Under the pieces are notes generated by a model that was not told the DNA's origin, searched no databases, and worked only from the letters and a program-made list of their open reading frames with translations. A stretch of DNA of 64,000 nt from an uncultured Acidobacteriota bacterium (GTDB taxonomy: Bacteria; Acidobacteriota; Blastocatellia; RBC074). Location: positions 64,001-128,000 of the forward strand of contig CAWCKY010000001.1 in NCBI GenBank assembly GCA_963796275.1, in the 5' to 3' direction. This document shows positions 21,524-32,878 of the stretch, one piece after another (within the stretch, counting starts at the first letter, position 1; every line of letters begins with the position of its first letter). Made by a program: the position numbers and the translations under genes.

Positions 21524-21927
21524 TGACTATAAACTAGGGTTAACAATTATATAACAATATAGGTCGCCCCTCTGATGTGGAACATTGAGATTTTAAATCC
21601 AATCCTTTCCAATTGGAGAAGGCGACCTCGCGATGCCGAGCGCAGTTAACATATCTACTGATCGCAGGCGAGGATCAGGAAGCGGATGCGTCTTACTTCA
21701 CAGGCCGGATCCCTGCATTTATTCGCACGAGTATCTGAAAGGCTAGGTCTCGCTGTGATCTGGGGCAATCCCGACATCGTACATCACACTTGAAAAACTT
21801 CGAAAGCCCCTCATTGATATAGTCCGACCTCTTTCCACATCGTTTTCAATCTGCGCATCCCAAGGGGGCATCCTTTCCGAGTATATGTATGTGTATGGGT
21901 GAGATATATGACTTTAATATATCTAGA

Positions 21928-21955
21928 GCGTCTAATAATGTATCTTATGTAACTG
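21928..21955 (+). other. dif/Xer-like recombination site, copy 2
   Basis: gcgtctaataa-tgtatc-ttatgtaactg (11-6-11). Confidence 0.65.
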
Positions 21956-22227
21956 GTGTATTGAACTTAGATAGTCTCTATGCCTACGAATCATTGCTAC
22001 AGCCGAGAGATCAGGGATACTCTGAGCGGCATGGGCAGAAGGAGAGGGTAATATGGCCGCAAGACCACGAGACACTCCCTCACCCAAACAAATTAAAGAC
22101 GCGATGAGACAGGTATCAGATGACGACCTACTCTATGAAGCTATCTCGTCTGACCATTACCATGCCGGCGTCCGATGTGGCTTGTCTCCACCGACTCTAC
22201 GCCGATTTCCTGCGAGGCACAGAGCAA

Positions 22228-22600
22228 TGATCCAACTTGTTCCGCAATTGCGGATTATGCTGGCCTGCCAGCCGATCGATTTCCGCAAGGGTATCGACGG
22301 TCTGGCGCTCTTTGCAAAAGGGAGTTACAAGAAGACCCTTTCTCCGGCACTCTCTTCGTCTTTCGCAATCGACGCGGCACCGCGCTCAAGCTGCTTGTCT
22401 ATGACGGCCTAGGCTTCTGGCTCGTTACGCGTAGATTTTCAGAGGGACGCATTCGCTGGTGGCCGAAAACTCAAGACGCCACACTACATCCCATCAGGCG
22501 CAGCAACTTTCCGTTCTTCTTTATAACGGCCTACCAGAGCAAGCTAGGTTTGCTCCTGCCTGGCGCAAACTTCCTTCGTCTCTTCAAGCCGCTTCCGCTT
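22228..22600 (+). mobile_element. tnpB: IS66 family TnpB remnant (frameshifted)
   Basis: LACQPIDFRKGIDGL / DPFSGTLFVFRNRRGTALKLLVYDG.GFWL. Confidence 0.85.
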
Positions 22601-22930
22601 CATTTTCCTTGTAGTTCCAGGGCAGATACAGGTGCGGGTTGCGTCGCGCATCTGATTTATTGCGAATGATACTCACTAGGTAGTCCCAGGCATTGACTCC
22701 ATTCAAGCGGCAGGTCTGGATCAAGGCATTGGATTGTGAAGATTCTTTCCGTTGCTACGCGCTTTTTTCTTAAATATGATGTTGCTTTCCCGAAAAGGAC
22801 ACAGCGATTCAATGACAGCAGCGATATGAGAGGACGGCGCCTCACCGAGTCGCCGCTCGCCCACGTGAAAGAGCGGTCAGAGGACGCGACTGCTTACAAA
22901 ATAAACCTTAGCCATAGAAAGGAGCCAGGT

Positions 22931-24082
22931 ATGGGTTGGAGATTTCGACAGAGCTTTAAAGTATTTCCGGGTGTCAGGCTTAATCTGTCAGGCCGCGGCC
23001 TCAGCGCGACCATCGGAAACGGCTCAGCGAGCGTCAACATCAGTTCGCGCGGCGCAGACGCCAAACTGAATATTCCAGGGACCGGCCTATCCTACCGCCA
23101 GAAAATTTCAGGAGGCGCAGGCAGCGCTTCTCAGTCACTCGAATGCTATCAATTCTCGCCGACCGTTCCGGGAGAAGACAGCGCTAAAGAAGAGATCAAG
23201 AGCGCCAGTACTCACGAATTGACCAGCGAAGGACTTCAAGGACTTCGTCAGTTGCTCAACGATGTGGATCGGGAGCAACAGCGCCTGGACGCCGAACTCT
23301 TCACTGCAAGGCAAGATTGGGAAAAGAAATCTCGCGCCTATGAGCGATGGAAAAAGGGGGTTCTGTTTAAACACATCTGGAAGGACCGTTTTATCACGAG
23401 GGAGCAAGAGTCGCAGGAGGCGCACGCCAGGCTCGACGAACTGGGAGAGCAGAGACGGCTAACCTTCGTGGCCACCAATATTGAAATAAGCGATGATGTA
23501 AGGCCTGCCTTTGGGCGACTACACGACGCATTCTCCAGGTTGGCCGAATCACAAGCCATCTGGGACACCCTAACGACACAGCGAGTTGATAGAATCCGCG
23601 AGCGTACAGAAGCCAGCAACAGCATAGAGAGAACCCTGGTGAGATTTAGTCTAGGCCAGAGCGGTCTTGTTCAATGCGAGTGGAAGGTGCCCTGCTTCGG
23701 CAATGCAAACGGCGGCGATATGTATCTCTATCCGGGCTTTATTCTCTACAGAGCATCGCGCAAAGCCTTCGCGGTGATTGAATGCCGCGAGACCGAAATT
23801 GCCTTCGAGCCTGTCAACTTCATTGAGGAGAGTCAGGTTCCACCCGATGCTCGGATTATTGGACAGACTTGGAAATACTCGAACAAGAACGGCGGCCCCG
23901 ACCGGAGATTTAATAATAACTATCAAATTCCGATCGCGCTTTATGGGCAGATAACGCTGAAAAGCCCCACTGGACTAAACGAACAATACTTAATTAGTGA
24001 CTGCCGCGCGGCGGAAGAGTTTGTTAGGGCCTGGCAGGGATTCCGAACCGCGATTTCAACCGCAAACACTAAACCGATATGA
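22931..24082 (+). CDS. DUF4236 domain-containing protein
   Basis: MGWRFRQSFKVFPGVRLNLS..IPGTGLSY; C-terminal NKNGGPDRRF; RBS AAGGAG before 22931. Confidence 0.85.
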   Translation: MGWRFRQSFKVFPGVRLNLSGRGLSATIGNGSASVNISSRGADAKLNIPGTGLSYRQKISGGAGSASQSLECYQFSPTVPGEDSAKEEIKSASTHELTSEGLQGLRQLLNDVDREQQRLDAELFTARQDWEKKSRAYERWKKGVLFKHIWKDRFITREQESQEAHARLDELGEQRRLTFVATNIEISDDVRPAFGRLHDAFSRLAESQAIWDTLTTQRVDRIRERTEASNSIERTLVRFSLGQSGLVQCEWKVPCFGNANGGDMYLYPGFILYRASRKAFAVIECRETEIAFEPVNFIEESQVPPDARIIGQTWKYSNKNGGPDRRFNNNYQIPIALYGQITLKSPTGLNEQYLISDCRAAEEFVRAWQGFRTAISTANTKPI

Positions 24083-24479
24083 ACCATGAATCGGCATCGC
24101 TCGACGAGGCTTTCCAATGAAGTGGGGGAAAAAAACGTTTTTATCAGCTTTACCTATGAAAATAATCGGTTCGTATTCCTTCGGTTGGCCGCTTTACCGA
24201 AAGGACACTGAACTTGAAAGTGCTAATTGCCCCCTAAAGGTATAGCTCTCTCCGGAGCTATAGAGACGCGACCTGCCACGGATGCGTAGGCATTATATGT
24301 CGCTGTCTCATTGCGTAGGTTAGGTCTTCTGCATATGGCCGAGTTGCTTGACCAATATACCCTCCTCCTGCGCCAGCAAGAGCATCAATACATATGCTGG
24401 ATATGCTAAGTGCTTTCGTTTGGTCGTTTTTTTCGGCTGCTATGGCGCTGTGGAAGTTAGGCGGTGGCGATAAAACCTT

Positions 24480-24859
24480 TTATCCATTCGCGGATTTCAT
24501 CCCGCACGCGGCGAAAGATTGAGAGGGTCTCTTCAGCGCTCTTTGCGCTGGGCGCGGCGGGTCTTCAAAACCTTGGTGGATGCGACGGGCCTTGCCGGGA
24601 AACACCGGACAAGCCTCTTTCGCGTTGTCGCAGACGGTAATGATGTAATCGAAGTCCTGGCCCAAAAACTCATCCACCGACTTCGACCGATGACCGGAGA
24701 TGTCAATGCCGATCTCCAGCATCGCCCGGATAGCTTCCGACCGTACGGCGCCGGGGTTGACGCCAGCGCTCTCCGCTTCGAAGGCTCCTTTGCCGTCGTG
24801 CCGGAGAATTCCCTCGGCCATCTGACTCCGGGCTGAGTTGCCGGTGCTTCTTACTTATG
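24480..24859 (-). pseudogene. arsC: Arsenate reductase ArsC (LMW-PTPase type), catalytic Cys deleted and frameshifted
   Basis: TGNSARSQMAEG lacks the preceding LILC; ITVCDNAKEACPVFPG; FEDP. Confidence 0.85.
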
Positions 24860-25588
24860 TTGACGCGCATGCTGTTCCTCCTTGCGCCCCCGTCCCTCAT
24901 CGTGCGAGACGACGAGAGTCGGTTCGTCCTTGGAGATTGACGGGGCAAGCCACCGAAAGAGCGCCGTGGCCGCTACGGCGCCGACAACTTGGGCGGCGAT
25001 AAAGCCAGTCGCATCTGAGGGGCGAATGCCCGCGAAAGTATCGCTCGCGGCCCTGGCCAGCGTCACGGCCGGGTTCGCAAATGATGTTGAGGACGTGAAC
25101 CAATAGGCGGCGGTGATGTATGCGCCGACCGCAAATGGCGTGGCATGCGGGCGCCATCGTGAACAGCCCCGGATGACGGCCAGCAGGCCGAACGTGGCGA
25201 TGAACTCGCTGAAGATCTGCGCGCCGCCGCCGCGCACGCGCCTCGACGCGGAGAAGAGCGGTTCACTAAACATCAGGTGAGCCGCCGCCACTCCGGCAAA
25301 GGCACCTATGACTTGAGCCACGACGTAGGGTGGCGCTTCACGCCACCGGAGTCCACCCTGCGAGGCATCGGCCAAAGTCACGGCGGGGTTAAAGTGGGCT
25401 CCAGACATCGGACCGAAAGTGAGGATCAGGGCCACAAGCCCCGCACCCGTCGCAAGCGTATTGGCCAGAAGGGCGACGGCGCCATTACCGCCTGCGAGCC
25501 GCTCGCCCATAATGCCCGAGCCCACGACGGTGGCGAGGAGTAAGGCCGTCCCGATCGCCTCTGCTGTGACGCGCCGCGCGAGATTCAT
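24851..25588 (-). CDS. MIP/aquaporin family arsenic channel (AqpS-like)
   Basis: Two NPA motifs (SGAHFNPAVT, SFANPAVT); located inside the ars operon. Confidence 0.9.
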   Translation of the reverse strand: MNLARRVTAEAIGTALLLATVVGSGIMGERLAGGNGAVALLANTLATGAGLVALILTFGPMSGAHFNPAVTLADASQGGLRWREAPPYVVAQVIGAFAGVAAAHLMFSEPLFSASRRVRGGGAQIFSEFIATFGLLAVIRGCSRWRPHATPFAVGAYITAAYWFTSSTSFANPAVTLARAASDTFAGIRPSDATGFIAAQVVGAVAATALFRWLAPSISKDEPTLVVSHDEGRGRKEEQHARQHK

Positions 25589-25605
25589 TCTTCCGCCGTC
25601 GAAAT

Positions 25606-26494
25606 TCACCTTGTTTTCACGGCGAAGACTTTAACGCTCGCCGCGTATTCGTTGACGTCATAGCGGGCGAGTAAGTCTGTCAAACCGCCATGTATATCTC
25701 CATCCACGCCGCCGCCGCAACAGGGACTCGCGTTCACCACGGGAGATTTTGAGCGCCTGGTTTTGAGGTTTCACTCATTGCCGGGGAGCAGCAGCTGGAT
25801 TGATTCTCGACTTTCGCGTAAGTGTTGAGATCGGCGCCCGAGTCAACGATCATCACATCACTGAAACCAGCCTCGACTAATCCCTGACGATACTCCTCCC
25901 CGGCGATGCAGCCGACATAGGCAAACACATCGCCAAGGACCTCCGGAGGGAGTGGGCGATTGAGCGCGATGTCGCTAACCGCCAGCCGCCCGCCCGGCTT
26001 GAGCACGCGGGCGATCTCACGAAAGACCGCTTTCTTGTCCGGGGCGAGGTTGATCACGCAGTTGCTGATTACACAGTCCACGGCCCCGTCTCCGAACGGC
26101 AGATCGTCTATAGTCGCCAGGTGAAACTCGACGTTCTTCCCCCCGCCTTCAAGTTTCGCGGCGTTACGCCGCGCAAGCTCGATCATCTTCGGCGTCATAT
26201 CGATACCGATCGCCCGGCCTGACGGACCGACTTTGGCCGCTGCGAGAAAGACATCCAGGCCGCCGCCGGAGCCGAGGTCAACCACCGTCTCACCTTCACG
26301 GAGGCGCGCCATGGCGGTGGGGTTTGCCGCAGGAAAGCCCCATGTTCGGCCTCCGCCGGGATCGAAGCCAGCTCTTCAGGCGTGTAACCGAACGCTTCGG
26401 CCACAGCCCGCACGCCATCGTGTCCACTCGACAATCCGCTCACTGCGATCGCGTCGTATCTCGACCGCACCTCGTTAATGATCATTTCAGACAT
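25606..26494 (-). pseudogene. arsM: Arsenite S-adenosylmethyltransferase, frameshifted
   Basis: [37 protein letters not shown]; frameshifts near 26330 and 25735. Confidence 0.9.
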
Positions 26495-26636
26495 AGAACC
26501 CTTCTTCCGGCTACGCATGGCTTAGCGCGATAACGATTATGAATACATTCACTGACGCGAATATATGGAGTGTATATCCGAGCTAACATATATGTCAAAA
26601 CACATATGTGCTGATATGTTTTTAAAATCATTTTCT

Positions 26637-26754
26637 ATGAGTAAGCCGCCAAAATTCGACATGGAGGAGATGCGGGGCGATCGGGCGAATGCTTGTTAAA
26701 TTCTGCTGCACGCCTTCCGCCCTTGTCCAACTACATGAGGCGCCAGCGCGTTGA
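26637..26754 (+). pseudogene. arsR: ArsR remnant with the HTH core deleted
   Basis: MSKPPKFDME joined to an EMRGDR..LVKFCCTP..VQLHEAP tail; divergent from arsM. Confidence 0.55.
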
Positions 26755-26802
26755 CACGAGGCGATTCTGGACTTACAAAAGGCGGGCAGTTTACAATCAC
26801 TC

Positions 26803-27246
26803 GTGATGCGCTTTGACCGGCAGGTTACAAAAAAGATGGTTCGACTTCATTTCTCCATCTTCATCTTACTGTGGTGGGGCGGGCTGAATTGTCTATCCGG
26901 TTGCCTGGTTCCGTCGGCTGGCGCTAACGGCGAAAGCCATTGTTCGATGAGTAGTGAGGGCGGCGACTGTTGCCAGACTCAGGCGGGTGGCAAAAAATCG
27001 CTCTTACCGAAGTCAATTGGAGCGCATCCCGCTTCTATACAATCTCTTTCGTGCTGTTCTCTCCTATCGCTTTCGGGGGATGTAAGTCGTGACGTGCGAG
27101 CCGCAGACGGCGCTGCCAGTTCGGCGATATTGAGTCGACTAGGATTCACTCCTGAAAGCGAGGCTAAAGTCCAACTTCCTGACCGTTGGGCGCGCCTCCC
27201 TGACCGCGGAGGAACTCACCTTCTTCACTGTGTCTTCCTGATTTAG
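26803..27246 (+). CDS. Cys-rich hypothetical protein upstream of the metal cluster
   Basis: CLSGC, HC, CC, CC and C-terminal HLLHCVFLI. Confidence 0.65.
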   Translation: MMRFDRQVTKKMVRLHFSIFILLWWGGLNCLSGCLVPSAGANGESHCSMSSEGGDCCQTQAGGKKSLLPKSIGAHPASIQSLSCCSLLSLSGDVSRDVRAADGAASSAILSRLGFTPESEAKVQLPDRWARLPDRGGTHLLHCVFLI

Positions 27247-27333
27247 AAAAAAGCTTGCACTACGAGTTCTTGTCAGCGCCAGTGCTTATCACTGGTCTAT
27301 GGGTAAACTTTATCTTGAATAGGAGATACAACA

Positions 27334-27510
27334 ATGAAATCCGTTAAAACATTCGTCATCGCTGTAGCGCTTGGGTTAGCCGGCGTCGTTTACGTTGCTG
27401 GTGGTTCACAGGCTTCAACGCAGTCTTACGGTCTAAAAGCGGACTGCTGTGTCGCCGGCGCGAATTGCTGCACAGGCGAAGCGTGCTGCGTGACTCACGA
27501 ATCAAAGTGA
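27334..27510 (+). CDS. 58-aa secreted Cys-rich (metallothionein-like) peptide, absent from the ORF track
   Basis: RBS AGGAGA; MKSVKTFVIAVALGLAGVVYVAGGSQASTQSYGLKADCCVAGANCCTGEACCVTHESK. Confidence 0.75.
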   Translation: MKSVKTFVIAVALGLAGVVYVAGGSQASTQSYGLKADCCVAGANCCTGEACCVTHESK

Positions 27511-27602
27511 GCCAACTACTGTTCGAGAGGGCGGAGGCGGCTTCGTTCGCGGCGCCCGCCCTCTCCGCGTTCAACGACATCACAACCCAAGGAGAATTCG
27601 CG

Positions 27603-28556
27603 ATGAAACAACTCGCCACTGCGGCGCTTTGCGCCGTCCTCTTGTCGCTCGTAAGCGCGGGCATCGGTCTTGCTCAGGTACAACGTGTGGAGATGAAAAT
27701 TGACGGTTACCTTTGTGGCAACTAAGTGTTCAACATTCAGAAGGCCGTGAGCCGTCTAAACTTCGCACCTAAACTCAACGAGATAGAAATCACAGACATC
27801 AAAAACGGCATTGGCGTGTTCACGCCGAAGGCCGAGAAACCCGTCTCCTTTGCGGCGCTCAAGGAGACGCTGAAAAAGGCCGGTTATACGCTCGCTTCCG
27901 CGAAAATTACGGTCAACGGAAAACTCGCGCGTGACGCCTCAGGATGGGCGCTATTGTCTGACACATCTGGTCAGCGCTTTGCTTTGGAGAGAGAGGGCGT
28001 TGAACTAGCCCTACCGGACGCCGCCCCGAACGCGCAAGTAGAAGTCACTGGGGATTGGAAGACGGCAGGCGAAGGGAAGGAAGTCATCTCTCCTTTGCCC
28101 GCAAAGAAGGCCGGGCGATCTCGCAATGAAAATGGAGATAACCCTGCCCAAACAGAATACGTCGATGTAACCTGCGGCGGTCCCATAGTGGCGGGACCGT
28201 TGCCGGTTGCTCCCATAAGGACGACGAGTCCAGGGCTGACGGTTTATCGCGGCGGCGCATTCACGCCTCGTTACATTTATGTGCGGCAACAATTCGGAGG
28301 GCTGAAAGTTGATCGTAATATTATGTTCTTGGACTTCTCCTACACTCCGAAGCCGAAGCTTCTGGTAGAGGCTGAAATCCCGTTCACGTGGATTTCATTC
28401 AAAGAAGGGGCGACATCCGGTCGCGACGAGGGTATAGGTAATATTATCATCTCGGGCAAGTATCGCTTCTTTCGGCAGGTCGAGGCGTGGGGGGACCGCC
28501 AGGTAGCGCTGACGATCGGATCGGCGCAAAACGAGCGGCGTTGCGCAAATTCTTAG
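27603..28556 (+). pseudogene. Secreted HMA-domain/beta-barrel fusion with an in-frame TAA at the second CxxC position; C-terminus truncated
   Basis: RBS AAGGAG; signal peptide; MKIDGYLCGN*VFNIQKAV reads through in frame; later GIGNIIISGKYRF barrel-like segment. Confidence 0.75.
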
Positions 28557-28709
28557 GGAGTGCGCGTTCCTGGATTGGTTACGCCGATGCTCTGCCGAGC
28601 GATGCGCAAAGGGGTATCAAGAGGAAGCGAGGAGAGGGTGATCACGCTCCTTATGACTTCCGAATGTTCTTCAAAAGAAGCCGTCATAATTGACTCGCGA
28701 ACACAAAAC

Positions 28710-30030
28710 GAGGGTTTCAGAAAAAGCGTGTAAATGGCCATAATGCCTGGAATAATTTCCGGGAAAAGGATCGATTATGGCTATCAGGAAAGAAATCCTC
28801 GATGAACTTTTGAAAGACTACCAAAAACCGGAAGACCTACTCGGACAAAGCGGTCTCCTCCAGCAGCTCTCCAAGGCCCTGATTGAACGGGTCCTGGACG
28901 GAGAGATGACTCATCATCTCGGTTACGAGAAGCACTCTCCGGAAGGAAGAAACTCCGGCAACTCCCGCAACGGCAAATCGCAAGACGCTCAAAGGCAAAC
29001 AAGGAGAGATTCCGATTGAGGTCCCGCGCGACCGCAACGGCGAGTTCGATCCGCAGTTCGTCAAGAAGCGACAGACTCGGTTCGATGGCTTCGACGACAA
29101 GATCATCTCGCTCTATGCGCGTGGAATGACCAGCAGCGAGATACAAGGGCATCTGGAGGAGATCTACGGTGTGGAGGTTTCGCCGGAATTGATCTCGAGT
29201 GTCACCGACGGCGTGATCGAGGAAGTGCGAGCCTGGCAGGGACGGCCGCTGGATAAGACCTACGTCATCCTCTACCTGGACGCGCTGGTGGTGAAGGTCA
29301 AGCAGGACGGGCGAATCTCAAATCGCTCAATCTATCTGGCGATCGGGGTCAATCAGCAAGGGCGTAAGGAGGTCCTGGGCTTTTGGGCGGCGGAGAACGA
29401 AGGCGCGAAGTTCTGGCTGAGCGTCGTGACCGAACTCAAAAATCGTGGAGTCCAGGACGTGTTGATCGCCTGCGTGGACGGACTGAAGGGCTTTCCCGAA
29501 GCGATCGAATCAGTCTTTCCGCAAGCGCAAGTGCAGCTGTGCATCGTTCATCTGCTGCGCAACTCTCTCGGATACGTCTCGTGGAAAGAGCGTAAGGCGG
29601 TGGCTGCGGCGCTAAAACCTGTGTACACGGCCGCTACGGCCGAGCAAGCTGAACAACAATTGACAGAATTCGAGGCGAAGTGGGGCGCCCGCTATCCGAT
29701 GATCGGGCGGAGTTGGCGCGGGAATTGGACGCGGGTGATCCCCTTCTTCCAATTCCCGGAAGAGATTCGGCGGGTAATTTACACGACCAACGTCGTGGAG
29801 TCGCTCAATTACAGCCTGCGGAAAATAATTAAAAACCGGAGTCTGTTCCCGAACGACGAGGCAGTCTTCAAGCTACTCTATCTGGCCTTGAAAAACATCG
29901 AGAAAAAATGGACGATGCCCATCAAGGATTGGAAGCGAGCGCTGCAACAATTCGCGATCATGTTCGAAGGTAGAATGCCGTTACCTTAAATTATCAACTG
30001 GGCCATTTACACAGAAAATCTGATACGCCC
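28710..30030 (+). mobile_element. IS256 family element, transposase frameshifted ~28980
   Basis: Ends gagggtttcagaaaaagcgtgtaaatggcc / ggccatttacacagaaaatctgatacgccc; YLDAL, VDGLKG, QLCIVH, IYTTN..ESLN. Confidence 0.92.
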
Positions 30031-30725
30031 GTCGTTTTGGGTGCGACAGTCTTCGGATTCTTTCGCATCTTTATATTTCGACATCTCATCACACCAGTAG
30101 TACCAGCCTCGTTTGAAACAGTTTACCCCGTTCTTTTGCAACACACGGCTGTCCGTCTTCATCAGCAACAAGGAGACCGTTTCTGGAGCAATATCGTAGC
30201 GCGTTCGATAAAGCCTGAAGTATTCCGCCTGCGGGACTATAGTCGCACCGCCCTCGAGACTTGTTCTCTCATGCGGAGTCTGATTAAAGTGGGCAATAAA
30301 TTGCGCGAGCTGTGCCTGATACTCTTCCCAACTGATCAATGGTGAGCCCGCACGGCGGCCTCGTTCATAAGCTTGCTGCTTCGAAAACATCTGCTTCAAC
30401 CGCTCCGGTCTTCCGGAATGCCGACTTGTCTTTGCATCAGTATCAACTCCAGACTGCCGGACGGCGTCATTGCCTGCTGATGTAGGGCGATGACCTGCAC
30501 ATTCCAATTGTGCGAGCGGTAATCCTTGCCCTGATCGGTATAGATATAAGAGTGAAAATTCTCTTCCGGCCGCGGCGGCTGCTGCGCCCCGAAATTCAAT
30601 ATGCCATCCGCATATGCTAGGCTGGCGGTCTCAGACGACGGTTTGCGGTCCAGATACCACCCCCATATGATGCTGGTTCGCAGGTCCTGCCAGACTGTCA
30701 TCCACGGTCGCCTGGCGCGGCCGAG
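30031..30725 (-). pseudogene. Mu-like DDE transposase fragment
   Basis: RPWMTVWQD..IWGW, YTDQGKDY, FNQTPH, R.LQKNGV; frameshifted and cut by IS256 and IS6. Confidence 0.7.
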
Positions 30726-30993
30726 ACGGAACGCGCATAGTTCTTCCATTTTTTCTCGAAGACGGGAACGAAGCGTTGGACCCATCGCAAAACGGTGGTA
30801 TGCACGACCGTGACGCCGCGCTCCGCCATCAGATCGCACACGTCGTGATAACTCAGTTTGTAAGAGACATACCATCGCACGGCTTGAATGATCAGAAGAT
30901 GATTGAAATGGCGGCCTTTGAAGAGGGCGAGTCTCAGAAGGGAGTTGGGTCATGCTGACGATTATCCATAATTATCGGGTTTGCACCAGAACC
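30726..30993 (-). mobile_element. Truncated IS6 family copy (left end and 5' of tnp)
   Basis: Near-identical to 42340-42610; IR GGTTCTGGTGCAAA. Confidence 0.9.
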
Positions 30994-31262
30994 TGTTAAT
31001 TTGCCCGTCTGTCAATCTTGGACGGAGTATTTGATATGGACAGGTCATTGAATCAGATAATGGAGTTGGAGAGATTATCCATGAGATTGCGCAAATTAAA
31101 CGTGGAGATCTCCGACCGGAAGAACTCGGTCTTCACGCGGCCATCTCGCCGACGCCCGAAAAAAAGCGCGAGTCGGAAGAGTCGCCTCAGATGAACTGGG
31201 TTTTTCGTCAAAACGAAAGGCTCTTCCGGCCCGCTCTGTTTAGCGATTCAGATGACTAGATC

Positions 31263-31586
31263 TTAGTAGCGGCGGCTACTGCCACCATTAAAACCACCGC
31301 CTCCTCCTCCGCCAAAGCCGCCACGGCCGCCACGGTCTTCCCTCGGCTTGGCTTCGTTAACGGTGAGTGCGCGGCCATCCATATCTCTACCATTCAGAGC
31401 CTGAATCGCGGCCTGAGCCGATTCTTTGGAGTCCAGTTCGATAAACGCGAATCCGCGCGAGCGGCCTGTGTCTCGGTCGGTAATGATGCTCGTAGAGCAG
31501 ATCTGACCGTACTGGCTGAATTGTTCTTGTAGATCCTGCTCCGTCGTAGTGAAGGCCAGGTTCCCGACATATAATTTAACTGACAT
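31263..31586 (-). CDS. RRM RNA-binding protein with a Gly-rich tail
   Basis: KLYVGNL (RNP2), RGFAFIE (RNP1). Confidence 0.95.
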   Translation of the reverse strand: MSVKLYVGNLAFTTTEQDLQEQFSQYGQICSTSIITDRDTGRSRGFAFIELDSKESAQAAIQALNGRDMDGRALTVNEAKPREDRGGRGGFGGGGGGGFNGGSSRRY

Positions 31587-32172
31587 TGATTTCCTCTCAA
31601 TGTAATCGAAGCAACCGAATGAGCTTCGGGAACGGTTCCCACTTAACACAATCGACACTCAAATCAACGAGCGGCTTCTTAACGTTACTAATTACCTGCT
31701 CCCTAAGCCTGAGTGCGCAATTCACGATTGACAACGCATCACCGTTGGCGCCAAGAGAGAAAGCTCAAGTTGAAGATTTGACCAGACTTTGAGATCGAAG
31801 GAAAAGCTCGTTGCAATCGGTAAAGAAGGCAAGTAACTGATTCATTAAACAAAGAGGCTTTATTTCAACTGGCAAAAGTATAGCACAAAAAACGTCTGCG
31901 TGTTGAATTATCTGTGCCCCCGCTCCCGATCAATACTCGCAGTTCGGAACAAAAGTGATTCCGGCGATGCACGCACGCGACAGTAGTGTTGGACGAAATC
32001 CTCGACAACGAGACCGAGTTGCCGCTCTTCACACACTCGACGGATACGGCCGGCTCCATAATTATGTGGACAAATCGAGTTTTCACTGCTTTTTTCACCC
32101 AACAATCGATGAGTATGGGGGAGCAACCTTACCCGATTACAGTCCTCATAGATTAGTGTTCAATGACGCTCC

Positions 32173-32878
32173 TCATGATGCCTCTAATAGATTGACCTTA
32201 ATTTCCTCATCCTCAAGCACAAATTCATAGAGTGTTTTGTGGGTGGGCTCAATGGAACGGTCTGGATGGTAGATCAAACCGCCTCCCGAAGGAATGCCGA
32301 TTGCCGGGAAGCCGGACTTGGTTATTTTGAGAACCCAACGAATATCATGCCATTCATTTTTTTCAGTCATGAACACCGACGATGAATGGGACCAACCCGA
32401 ATGTCCTTATCAGTAGATCCTCAGACTGTGCGCCTTCAGGCCAGGCATACAAACCGATTTGCATCGCTCCCGCTGAAACTCCAATCAGAACAGTTCCGTC
32501 CCAATATCTATCTCCGATGAGTTCTCGCAATCCATTTTCTTCAAATACTCGCCACCCTCTCACTGCATCACCTCCGGCAAGCAAGATGATGTCCGCATCA
32601 CTGAGGAAAGAAAAATCCTCATCGGTTGGAGAGAAAGGCACCATGCGACATTGATGGATTCCGATCATCTCCATCGCGGCTTCGAAGATGCTGTAATACT
32701 CAGGATCGTCTGCATTCGATGCTCCGATGTATGCCGCTTTCGGTGAAGAGACATCTATCACATCTCTCACAGAGTTGAGAAACGGGGTGTCGCCTCTATG
32801 CCAAAATAAGAGTTGGCTGTCGGCCAGGAGGAACAAAGGTTTGACTATAGAATCCACAATCTTCCCCTTATACTTCAT
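32173..32878 (-). pseudogene. Peptidase S51 (peptidase E/cyanophycinase-like), frameshifted ~32366
   Basis: DIILLAGGD, IGVSAGA, VGVHD; continues in the 32173-32376 frame. Confidence 0.75.

Noticed and set aside
28690-30050. IS256 target-site duplication
   Set aside because: Flanks are not direct repeats; the weak inverted similarity (caaaacg) may be chance or rearrangement
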